The translations under genes and the position numbers were made by a program. The notes beneath the pieces were generated by a model. It was not told the DNA's origin and made no database searches. It worked only from the letters and a program-made list of their open reading frames with translations. A DNA stretch of 63,632 nucleotides, filler included, from Aduncisulcus paluster (Eukaryota): NCBI GenBank assembly GCA_024181965.1. It is 23 parts of 23 records of this genome, joined end to end, with 100 filler letters (N's around TTAATTAATTAA, not from the genome) between each part and the next. Parts side by side here need not be neighbours in the genome. Positions count along the whole stretch, not along the records: positions 1 to 29,488 come from BQXS01010309.1; 22 more parts are not named here. One strand, 5' to 3'. Below, in pieces: positions 1 to 10,521 of this stretch. Position 1 is the stretch's first letter. The number at the start of each line of letters is the position of its first letter.

Positions 1-361
1 GGCAAATGAAGTAACACCTCTTTGTAGAAGAATCAAACATGCGCTGAAGACGCATCGCTTGGAGTTTGTCAAATGTTGACATGGATGATGGAAATAAATC
101 AATGAAAGAATGTACAGAACCTAAAAAACGATAATATGTCAATAAAAAACACAAATAGTAATGCAATTCAATTGTTCAGACCTTCTGAACTGAAAAAAAA
201 AGTTCGGTTCATCTAGCTATGAAAGCTATTAAATTGTGAAAATAAATATTAATTTCAAATAATTTCATCAAAATTTATTTTTATTTTAGAAGGATTATTA
301 TTATTATCATCTTCTCGGTCTTCAGAACAGCAATCTTTCAAACTACCATAGCATTATTATG

Positions 362-3300
362 TTAAAATGAATCATCTTCTCGGTCTTCAGCGAAAACAGG
401 CTCTGGAGGGATATATGGAACTATTTTAACCTCGCCAGAAATTATTTTCTTCCCTGTCTTCCCATGATATACCTTTTCTGTCCCGAATACTCCACTAGGG
501 AGCCTTTTCTCACTTCCACACCGACACAAATCACATTTAGTGGGAATGATTTTAGCATCAATATCTGATATAACGAATGTATCTGGATGCTGTGTTCTAC
601 AGCCGTATAACCTCCCCATATTACGACAATATCCCTCACTGAACCTTGTCACATAACGCTCATCAATTCCACTGTGTGAGAATTTCCTTGAATACTCCCT
701 CAACCGATCTTTTCTCTCTGCTTCCGAAATAACTCCCCTCTTTTCAAGCTCCACCAAACGTTCCATCTCATCTCTCATCATCTTAAAGCTTCTCTTCTCG
801 ACATATCCATATTTTTTTGCGTTGATTGTTTCATTTGTGAAGATCCCATCACACATCTGGATAGAATGGGAACAGGAGAGTCCACATATCATGATAGAGA
901 CAAAGAAAGGACCAATGAACGCAATAATTGACGTGAATTTATGCTTAAACANNNNNNNNNNNNNNNNNNNNAATACTCCCTCAACCGATCTTTTCTCTCT
1001 GCTTCCGAAATAACTCCCCTCTTTTCAAGCTCCACCAAACGTTCCATCTCATCTCTCATCATCTTAAAGCTTCTCTTCTCGACATATCCATATTTTTTTG
1101 CGTTGATTGTTTCATTTGTGAAGATCCCATCACACATCTGGATAGAATGGGAACAGGAGAGTCCACATATCATGATAGAGACAAAGAAAGGACCAATGAA
1201 CGCAATAATTGACGTGAATTTATGCTTAAACAACCACACGACTCTTTCAGTAGAAACCAAGTCCTCAGGACATCCAATTGCCTCGGGATATCCAATCCAG
1301 AAGAAAGGAAGCAATATCCATGCACAAAGGAACAGGAAAAAAGTCAATAGCAAGAGGGAGTAAAAATATCGATAATTCTTGATGGCAACACAATTATTTA
1401 GCCAAACACAATGGTGATCAAATTCTCTCACACAAGCATCACATTCACTACAATGCTTACCCCTTAGAGGACGTCTAATCTGACATGTGACACAATATTT
1501 ATCATCGCTGGAAGACTCATGCGTGATCTCCAGCTCTGTACCAATTTGATCAGGCAATATATTTCCAGGATCAACAAATCCACACCGAACGACACAATAA
1601 AAATCAATCACACCGATTACCAAAAAGGGAATGCCGAGATACCAGAATTTACAAGTTGAAGGCCAGAAATAATCTTTATATACAAATGTAACAAGACAAA
1701 AAATACATATCATGAAGACAACAAACAAATTAAAAGTGCTTTTCTTTCCATCATTTCCAGCATGGCCTCGAATCGTGCAACAAGAAGATCCACGGAAGAA
1801 CTTACCATTTTCAATTTTCTGAAGAATTTTCAGTGCCAAAGAAGATGATACCTCTGATTCTCCCATTTGTTTTGTGGTCAGCTTTTCATCCTTCCTTTCA
1901 TCTCCCCGAATTGAACGTAAGACATCAGTATCTCCTTCTTTCACAGGCTGAATACAACAGTGGCATCCACCCGAAGCTCCTCCTCCTTTTCCACAGAGAC
2001 AAGCAACTCCACAGCTACAGTTACAAAGGCCCTGAGTGCAACAACATGGGATCTTACTGCCAGAATTGGCGTTGCATTCCCCATTTTCAACCCTTTCTCC
2101 CTTGTTAATTAACAAACTCTCGATTCCAGTCAGTTTCTCAAGTTTAGCGACATCAATTGGACTATATCCAAGGCGATTGGCTACAGAAACATCACAACCC
2201 AACCGAATAAGACGTTTAATACTGTGGAATTTATGTGCACGAACACAACACATGATAGGGGTCGATCCATCAATTGCAGCTAAATTTGGATCCGCACCGA
2301 ATCGGAACAAGATCTGCATTGCGGTTTGGTTATCGTCGTGACAAGCCCAGTGAAATGGTGTGTATCCTGAAGAATCTGGATAATTTACACGCCGCACCAA
2401 AGCATCATACAAACCACACTTCGAGACAGGCCAACGTTGAAAGCTATCAGATACTGGGGAAATTGATGGGGGATTAAATAGTTTGAGAGTATTTCTTTTG
2501 ATGTTGTAGCATTTAAAAGCACATTGAGGCATCTTGAAGGGAGAGAAATCAGTCTCCTGACATGCTGGGGAAGTGATAGTCTTTGTGGGCATTGCAGATG
2601 ATGCGGGATTATCTGGACTAGCACCAACATGTGAATCAATTGGACCATGTGAAGCTGGTGTAATCAGAGATAATGATCGTATCGGATTCTCTCCGTGATC
2701 TGAATCATCACTGTCGGACATTGGTCTTTCCAGTTCTTCTTGAGCCTGCCTTTTCTCGGCTTTTCTTTTCCTGCGTTCTTCCTCAACATCGCTGCGAGTT
2801 TTCTCCTTCTTTGAACCAGCAATCTCTTTGGCCTCCTTTGGAGCAACTCTAATTGGTGCCATTTCATGCGATTCAAGAGCCTTTTTTGACACAGCACTAT
2901 TCTTCTGGTCCTTGGAGGAATGCTTCTTGACGTGGGTGAATCGAGCACGCACTATTCCATGCTCATCAACAAATGTTATGACTTTCTCTTGTTTCTTCCG
3001 TTCAAGTCGTTCTTTCTCAAGTCTCTCTTTCTTCTCACTCTGACTACTCATGATGCTATCCTCAACAATCGCGCCAGATTCAATCAAACGAGCAGTGACT
3101 GCCCTGAGTTTGGCAGGACCATCAACTTCTATTGCTTTTCGAGGGGGTTTAGACTTTGTTGGCGACTTACTGATTGATTGAAGAGTTGAGGAAGCCTGGG
3201 TCTTGTCTTCCTCATCATACGAATCGTGTCCATCCTCACTCCCGTCACCAGACGATGAATCCTCAGCGGAATCATCCTCTTCCATAATCATAGGAGTGTC

Positions 3301-4383
3301 AATCTCATACAATCTACCTGCCTTGAACATTGCCATGGTCTCTTTTCTCCAAGTTTTAACCATTTGCAGACGATCTTTTTCACGAACTCGAATAAGGCTT
3401 TTATATTCTTCACTCGCACTTCCAATTACCATGTTGCATAATTTTTTCTTCATTTCTCGAAGAAGGAAACCCAGTATAAAGTTCCTTTTGAACTGGACAG
3501 CAATATGAAGGCAAGAGAGTTTGTCATCTTCTGTCACCGAAAATAATCCCGATTCAGAGAATTCAACCTCAGAAATAGTACTTGAAGGGGAAACAGGAGG
3601 AGGTAAACCGAGGAAAAACTTCACAATGGCAAAATGGCCTTGGGAAATGGCACGATGAAGAGGAGTCCAACCGATTCCATCTCTCAATTCTGGATTCATT
3701 TTAAAGATGGAGTCTGTACCAATCAGAGATTGCACAATTTCTAAATTACCTTCGAAAGCAGCCCAATGTAAGGCGGTCTGATCATGCATATCAACACAAT
3801 CTGCAGGATTAATCTCACATAAGTCAACAAAATATTGGGCAACGTCATAATGCCCAGTTTTTAAGGCAAAAACAAATGCAGGGAAACAAATTCGAGAGTA
3901 TCGACCAAAATTATGCTCATATATTAAGTTTAATCGTTTATATTCAGTTGCTAATAATTTAACTATCACAAGATCACCGGTATGACAAGCACATGCCAAA
4001 GGAGTGAGGGAACGAGAATCAACAGCTGTAAACAGGGCTTTAAGCATAGAATCGCGAATATCATCGGTTACTTCCTTTCCACCAGCAGTGACATATTTAA
4101 GATTCTTTATGGCATCAAGAATAGCTTTTAAAAAACGCTCATAACCAAGAAAAGCAACTTCATGAAGAACTGAAGTGTCCATATCAAGACTTCTTTCAGC
4201 AAAAATATCACATCTCCACTCAGAAAGAACCGGAGTTGCTCCAAATTCTGCTTGAAACGTCATAAAATCATTCTGTCTAATTGCAGTTATGATTTCAGGT
4301 TCACGCATTTCTCGAAGTCTTTTAACGTCCTCTTCAGTGGGAAAAGCTCGTTTTTTCCATCGTTTCAATAAAGTTTCATCCAT
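362..4383 (-). CDS. Ankyrin-repeat DHHC palmitoyltransferase (Akr1/ZDHHC17-like), about 1246 aa after collapsing an assembly duplication
   Basis: Ankyrin repeats (TPLACAC, TALHWAA, TPLHRAI, TPFHWAC), TM segments and a DHHC-CRD (CVTCQIRRPLRGKHCSECDACVREFDHHCVWLNNCV). 691-951 is repeated at 972-1232 across a 20-N gap. Removing one copy plus the gap joins ORFs 889..4383 and 362..892 in frame (3741 nt). Confidence 0.92.
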
Positions 4384-4596
4384 GAAATGGATGTGTGTGT
4401 TACAAAATCAGGAGATATTACAACCACAGGTTGGCAACCATTTATGATTGAACAGTGTGCAGAGAATAATGCAGAAAAATAAGTTTTCAAATAGAAATCG
4501 CGTTATTTTTTATTGATTAATTTCCAAATATTAAAATAGATCATATTTCTCGGGTTTGCCCTTCGCAAATCGATTTTGGTCCAACATCGATTCGCG

Positions 4597-7500
4597 ATGT
4601 CTTCTGAAGATTATGATTTCGTTGTTGGCGAAGATGGAAAGGCAGCCAAGTATGACGATGAAGAAGATGACGATGTTGATGGTTGGAATTTCGAAGTGTT
4701 TGGAAATGACGATGCCATCAAGGAGGCTATCGAAAAAATCCTAGCACAAACGGAAGATCACTCTGAAGAAGAATATGATGAAGGTGAAGAGCAAGAAGAG
4801 AATGTTGAAGAACAACAAGAAGAGGAAGAGGCAGCTCAAATTGAAGATAGAGATCCAAAGCTCAAGCCGGCCTCTAAGATTGATTTCTCTGATCGTACCA
4901 ATCCTGTCAAAGTAGATTGGCCCGAAAGAGATCTTAAAGAAGTCCATATTGCAGAGATAAATGATATTGGTAATAATACTGTCGATTTGTTGGATATAGC
5001 CCAATATATTACCCGTTTTTATCTAAATCCACCCATTTATTTTGAAAAGGAATCTGATTCATTTCAAAAGGACGGCTTACATGATGCTATTATGGGGGCA
5101 TCAATGGATGAAGGAATTGATTCAAAGCCAATCTTCTCCCCCATAAAACCACCTGAAGCTGCTCTGAGAGACCTTCTTGAACTTTTTTGTTGTGGATATG
5201 AAACCCCATATATATGTGAACACGCCATGGATATTGTGAAAGCTATTCAAGGGTCCAAAGATTCTCCTTCAAATGCTGCTGGAAAGAACGATGGAATTGA
5301 TCCTTGGGGAGTTGATACCACCGAACCAGCTACTGGACAGGACGGTTGGGGTGTTCCAGTTGATTCTACCCAGGGAGGCTCTGCTTGGGGTGATAGCGAA
5401 AAGGAAGAGGAAGAATCAGATCAATATGGCAATCATTCAGCCCCTGGTGTTGAGTCTTTTTCTGATTCTAAAGTCCAATCGCTTACATCAGAGGAGGTTG
5501 ATTTGGTATGGCGAATCCGAGATTCTTTTTTTTCCTTCCTCGATCACAAATATTTGTTTCAAGGTGTTTATAAACTCCTGAAAGATCTATCAACTACGAC
5601 TCGTAAAGATCTTGGATTTGTTTTCAGCGAGCAACCTCCTCCAATGTCCGATGAGAAAAAGAAACTTATTGAAGAGCGATTCAATTCTTCTTTCCTCGAA
5701 TTTAAGTCATCTATACGCATTTCTACGAATATTTTGGGTTCTCTTGCAACAGATTCTTCTCCTGACCTCCCTCTTCATGTTCTACGTAGTATTGTCATTA
5801 ACCATGGAAATATCAAGTTCGTATGGACTAAAATCAACGAACACATATCCTCCTTATTCACAGAAATGAAATCGGTGTGGAAAAGGAGTATCAGTGGCAA
5901 ACAGGCCACCGAAATGAATAGGGTCCAGGAATTTCTCAAGGATTCTATTCCTGTCATTTCACAGTCGAGTCTTGCCCCCAGTGATCAGCGTTCCCTTGAC
6001 ATTGCTGCCGACGTTGAACAGGAAGATCTTGAAGGAGCCGACGAAGGTGCGGATGACCTTTTGCAAGATCTGTTTGGGGATGATGGAGAGGAAGAAGAGA
6101 ATGAAAAGGAAGAAGAAGAAGAAAAGCCGATAGACATTCTTCCTGAAGCTGTTGTTAGTGTGATTGATGATCCCATGTCAAGCATATTTGGTGATTCTAG
6201 CAAAGCCATAAAGGAGAAGAAACTCATGGCCATCTTTTCTTCCCGTTTGCAAGCAGCTTTTATTCCTGCGCATGTTGCAGAGGCTCGTCTTCGTGGGTCT
6301 TCCGATATGAGGGCTATTATCAGCGATTATGCTGATATTGCCGCCGATACAATGTATTTAATGCAAGAAATATTCCAAGAAGCTCTCAATGCCATGCATC
6401 GTGAAGAGCCTGATATCGTGCAAGATGTGTTTGGTTTTGGAAAGACCACAAAGAAAAATGCCGAAAATGATGATCTTCTTGAGGATTTGTTTGACGGTGA
6501 TGATAGCGAAATGGATTTGGATATGGACGTTGGAGAATCGGACGAACTTAAACATGGGGAGTTGTATAAGTCAAATGATGCTTATTTAAAGTTCGTTGAC
6601 AAGGCCCTTGTTTTAACTAAATCTCAGATTGCAGAATTGTATGCTGCAATCCCTGCTCTTCGTACCGATGTAAAACAGAAGCTTATGTCCGATGGACTCT
6701 TGGATACAAACCCAAAGAATGCCAAGAGTGCTGATGCCATCACTTCCCTGCATCGCTATATGGTGGTTAAGAGACTCAAGAATGTCCCTCTATCCTCTCT
6801 TTCGCAATGGAGACTCTCAAAGAAGACATACACCCTTTTCACCCTTGTGGCTGAAGCTGTGGACAAGAAGTTCCTCAATGTCGATATTCATCTCCCTAAT
6901 CAACATGAGCAGATGCTTATCAATGAAATCCACTCTGAAATCAACCAAGCCGGAATGAACTATGAACAGAGTCGACTTAATGAAACGACAGAAGTGGGGA
7001 AGCTTCGTCACGATGTTGTACGGGCTGCTGTTGAGCTCATCCGTCACGAATCCATCCAAAATATTAAGAAAGAACTTTATAGTGATTCCCAGAATGCCAT
7101 TGCTACTGTTGTTCGTACCCACATTGAGACAGCTCTCATCCAGGAGCCTTATTCTATTAGCTCCAGTGCCATTCTTTCCATTGACGATGCTCAGCGTAAC
7201 CTCAAATCAATGGTTGAAGGTGGCCTGTTCGATAAGTACGCCGATGATGATTCCATGTATGACCCATACCATCGTTATGTGCATGGATTGGGAGGTAGTG
7301 CATACGAAGGCTTTGAGCTAGACCCGGAGACTATATCCCAGGGTATCAGAGAGGCTGTCTACATAGGAGTGTGCCCCAAGAGTGCCGTGTCTCGAAAAGT
7401 GAAGGAGAGAGATAGAGAAAAGATTGTTGAGTGTCCAACAACTTTTGTGGCTGTCCAGGCTTCTTCTGGTCGATTCATTGATCGTCTAGAGTTACCTTTC

Positions 7501-10305
7501 TTTGCCTATCGGAAGCAACGTCGAGGAGCCATTGGACTGACCGATCGTGAACGGGGAAAGATTGAGGATGATGAGAAATTGAAGAAGTGGATACGTCACA
7601 TCCAGCCCTCAGCCATCTTTGTTGGAAGTTGTGGACCATCTACAAGGCTTCTCGTTGAAGATTTGAGATCTATTGTGATGTCCCTGTCTGCTTTCACTGT
7701 TCAGGAAGAGGACCATGGTTTGGAGGGAGGTTTTAGACATAGAGATGTGTTCTCTGGTAGTTCAAGGGCTATGAGTGCCATGCTGTCATACAATGAGAAA
7801 AAACCTCATTTTATTCTTCCTCATCTGAAGTATATTGATGTCCAAGAGTTCGATCTTCGTCTTGCTAACATTGTTGCAGCCTCCACTTCGATGAGTCTGG
7901 AGCTTCCCACCGAACAATTACACGTCAAACTCGCCCTTTGCATTGCAAGATATGCAGTTTCCCCCTTGTGTCTCGCCTCTGCTGTATGTGCCGAGTCTGT
8001 GATGCTTTGTGCCCTTAGTGATAGTTCTCTGCGTATAAAAAGACGAGCTGGACGAGGATTCAGTGGTTTCAAGCAAAATATATCGAGTAATAAGGCTCTT
8101 TTCAAGGCTATTGCTAGCATTTCATTCCAGAGTCTTCCCTCCAAATACCGTGATGATTTATATTCATTTGGAAAGAACATCCATTTCCATCCTGCCCAAT
8201 ACCTTTTGTCTTCTGAGAATTTGATTCACTCGATTGAACGTTCAATGGTAAACTGTGTTCGTCTTCATGGAATCAGGATTAATTCCTGCCTTGTCACAGG
8301 TTTTGGAGCTGGTTTAGTGGCTTTTCTACCTGGTTTTGGGCCACTTCGAGCCTTCCAGTTCCTGACTATGGTCTTGGAGGATTACGTGCTCTGTCCCGGT
8401 CGTACAAGGCTCTTTGAGGAGAAGTATGGAGCCAAGAGTCGTCGTATCTTTGACAATTTCTGTTCATTTATCCTTACTTCCTCGGAGGTTGTTCCCAGTG
8501 ATATTGTGCGGTGTGTATCGAATCATGAGATACGACAAGGTTGGGATAAGACCTTTGATGACTTCGATTCTGACGAACAATTCGCTGATGTCACGACGAT
8601 TCGTGATTATGCTCTTCGGAGGGATATTTATGACATGAAGGAAGCTCTTCAGACATATCTTCACCTGAAAAACACAGATCAATTTATTTTCTGTCCATAC
8701 TACCATCATTTGTTTATGATAGCTAATGCCTACTTGATTGGACAAAGTGGCGAGGTTACAGAAATGGATGTTGACACCCATCTCTTGTCGGGACACTCTG
8801 TTAGAAGACAAATCAAGGAGTTTATGGAAATGCTATACAAAAAGAAGGTTGGAATGTCTGCCAATTTCATTGACGGATGTATCTCAGAAATTTATGATAA
8901 AGTTAAGGATTCATATCCCTTAATCGGAAGAGATACTATCTGTTTTATTGTATATACCTTGTTGAATCCTCAAAGAAAGCAAGTTAGAATGCAGGGATGG
9001 ATCGAAAATGATGCGATCGATCTCTTTTATACTCGTCAGGGAGCTGAGCGTGGTGAACTCAATGTCCTTCGCCGGAATCTTCTTCTTACACAACGTCAAA
9101 GTGCCTTGTCTGGTGAATTATCTCAATCGTCTGAAATTGATGCCATTTTGATTGACAATTTCTCTGTGTGTGGTGTACTCCCTGTAATGTATATTGGAAA
9201 GTACTGTGTGTGTAGCGTAAAAAGAGAATTGATTTCCAGGCATCAAAGGGGAGAAGAGGAAGATGCTGAGCTTGAGGCCATCAGTGAACGGAGATGGATC
9301 TGTGATATTGAAGGATCTCCTTATTTGAGTGCTATTATGACATCTTCAGTTGGAAGCGAAGATATTTGTCCTGGAAAATGTGCTTATTGTACCATTAAAT
9401 CTATTAATTATTCGAGACAAAATGTTGATCTTGAGCTGATTGATCGTACAATCAAGACATTTTCCCCCCAGGAATTGAACAGGTTTAATCTCGACCATTT
9501 GAACAAGTTGACAAACACTATTCAATGGTTAGATATCCAGCTTGAAAAGAATGATATTCAGAAAAAGACTGACATTCTCTCTGCAGGTACAGAGCAAGAT
9601 GGACTACCGGAGTGGCGAAGGAAGGAATTGTTGAAACAAAAGGTCGGACAGACTAATTATGTGACAAGATCAATTAGAAACCCCAACTTTAGTAACGTGT
9701 CTGTTCGAAAAGCTCTCGATTGGCTTGCTTGTCATCCTCAAGATAGCTACCTTTTCCGTCCCTCCCGGTCTGGGTGTGGATACGTTGTTTTGTGTATGAA
9801 ATTGTTCCAGTTCGGCCCTGAAGGGAGCGTGATTGTTGATTTTAAAATCAAAGAGGATGAGAAGGATGATAATAACCCTCTGACTCTTGGTAAAAAGCTA
9901 TATTTGCGTGGTCAAACGAGAGAATATCCGAGTCTTGATGCAATATCCAAGACATTTGTGAGAGGAATTATGGAAGCCATGAGGGACATTTCTTCCCATA
10001 AAAAGTTCCAGCGATCCCAATCATTGGCGGTCGGACTCGAGGAACTTCATACAAGGAAAGAAACAAATTACGTTATTTTCGCGGATGATAGAACTCACAG
10101 TGGGAAATTTGGGATTGTTTTGACAGCTCCTTCTTTGAAGAAGCCTGTCGTCGAATTCTTTTATCTTATTGGGCCCAAGTTCTTATTATATAGAAACAAA
10201 AGGTTCGAGAAGTTGAATCAGCTTATCTCCTTCTTTAAAAAATCCTTTAAGAAACCTTTCACCGAAAAACTTGTATTCCCAGACTTTGGAAAGGGATTGG
10301 AATGA
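4597..10305 (+). CDS. SPT6: Transcription elongation factor / histone chaperone Spt6
   Basis: Acidic N-terminus, YqgF-like segment (IRHIQPSAIFVG), HhH region (LPGFGPLRA), S1-like region and C-terminal tandem SH2 (NPNFSNVS..A...L, YLFRPS, IKEDEKD..LTLGKKL..EYPSLD). First ATG is at 4597. Confidence 0.9.
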   Translation: MSSEDYDFVVGEDGKAAKYDDEEDDDVDGWNFEVFGNDDAIKEAIEKILAQTEDHSEEEYDEGEEQEENVEEQQEEEEAAQIEDRDPKLKPASKIDFSDRTNPVKVDWPERDLKEVHIAEINDIGNNTVDLLDIAQYITRFYLNPPIYFEKESDSFQKDGLHDAIMGASMDEGIDSKPIFSPIKPPEAALRDLLELFCCGYETPYICEHAMDIVKAIQGSKDSPSNAAGKNDGIDPWGVDTTEPATGQDGWGVPVDSTQGGSAWGDSEKEEEESDQYGNHSAPGVESFSDSKVQSLTSEEVDLVWRIRDSFFSFLDHKYLFQGVYKLLKDLSTTTRKDLGFVFSEQPPPMSDEKKKLIEERFNSSFLEFKSSIRISTNILGSLATDSSPDLPLHVLRSIVINHGNIKFVWTKINEHISSLFTEMKSVWKRSISGKQATEMNRVQEFLKDSIPVISQSSLAPSDQRSLDIAADVEQEDLEGADEGADDLLQDLFGDDGEEEENEKEEEEEKPIDILPEAVVSVIDDPMSSIFGDSSKAIKEKKLMAIFSSRLQAAFIPAHVAEARLRGSSDMRAIISDYADIAADTMYLMQEIFQEALNAMHREEPDIVQDVFGFGKTTKKNAENDDLLEDLFDGDDSEMDLDMDVGESDELKHGELYKSNDAYLKFVDKALVLTKSQIAELYAAIPALRTDVKQKLMSDGLLDTNPKNAKSADAITSLHRYMVVKRLKNVPLSSLSQWRLSKKTYTLFTLVAEAVDKKFLNVDIHLPNQHEQMLINEIHSEINQAGMNYEQSRLNETTEVGKLRHDVVRAAVELIRHESIQNIKKELYSDSQNAIATVVRTHIETALIQEPYSISSSAILSIDDAQRNLKSMVEGGLFDKYADDDSMYDPYHRYVHGLGGSAYEGFELDPETISQGIREAVYIGVCPKSAVSRKVKERDREKIVECPTTFVAVQASSGRFIDRLELPFFAYRKQRRGAIGLTDRERGKIEDDEKLKKWIRHIQPSAIFVGSCGPSTRLLVEDLRSIVMSLSAFTVQEEDHGLEGGFRHRDVFSGSSRAMSAMLSYNEKKPHFILPHLKYIDVQEFDLRLANIVAASTSMSLELPTEQLHVKLALCIARYAVSPLCLASAVCAESVMLCALSDSSLRIKRRAGRGFSGFKQNISSNKALFKAIASISFQSLPSKYRDDLYSFGKNIHFHPAQYLLSSENLIHSIERSMVNCVRLHGIRINSCLVTGFGAGLVAFLPGFGPLRAFQFLTMVLEDYVLCPGRTRLFEEKYGAKSRRIFDNFCSFILTSSEVVPSDIVRCVSNHEIRQGWDKTFDDFDSDEQFADVTTIRDYALRRDIYDMKEALQTYLHLKNTDQFIFCPYYHHLFMIANAYLIGQSGEVTEMDVDTHLLSGHSVRRQIKEFMEMLYKKKVGMSANFIDGCISEIYDKVKDSYPLIGRDTICFIVYTLLNPQRKQVRMQGWIENDAIDLFYTRQGAERGELNVLRRNLLLTQRQSALSGELSQSSEIDAILIDNFSVCGVLPVMYIGKYCVCSVKRELISRHQRGEEEDAELEAISERRWICDIEGSPYLSAIMTSSVGSEDICPGKCAYCTIKSINYSRQNVDLELIDRTIKTFSPQELNRFNLDHLNKLTNTIQWLDIQLEKNDIQKKTDILSAGTEQDGLPEWRRKELLKQKVGQTNYVTRSIRNPNFSNVSVRKALDWLACHPQDSYLFRPSRSGCGYVVLCMKLFQFGPEGSVIVDFKIKEDEKDDNNPLTLGKKLYLRGQTREYPSLDAISKTFVRGIMEAMRDISSHKKFQRSQSLAVGLEELHTRKETNYVIFADDRTHSGKFGIVLTAPSLKKPVVEFFYLIGPKFLLYRNKRFEKLNQLISFFKKSFKKPFTEKLVFPDFGKGLE

Positions 10306-10521
10306 TTGTTGATGGCCACCTAGAAAAATCGTGATATCTCAATATAGTGAGATAAGTAAATCAATATTTTGATAGCAATTCCTCAAATTTTCCTTATTAT
10401 TTGAAATTATATTCTCCTAAAAACAAGAATAATACCGAATAAATCCAAAAATTCCATTTTTTTCGAAAAATAAGATCTCCGAAATAATATTTTATTAATA
10501 TTAAATTAACCTAACTATATA

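Noticed and set aside
1-82. Possible 5' end of a minus-strand gene (MSTFDKLQAMRLQRMFD...)
   Set aside because: Only 27 codons are visible and no family is recognisable, so it is not listed as a feature.
306-390. 20-bp direct repeat ATCATCTTCTCGGTCTTCAG (306 and 371) as an att site or target-site duplication
   Set aside because: The copies are only 65 bp apart with no element between them. A local duplication of the gene end is simpler.
691-1232. Tandem gene duplication of the DHHC C-terminus (likewise 10666-11289 and 12959-13434)
   Set aside because: Identical copies flank 20-N gaps and collapse to perfect reading frames, indicating an assembly artefact.
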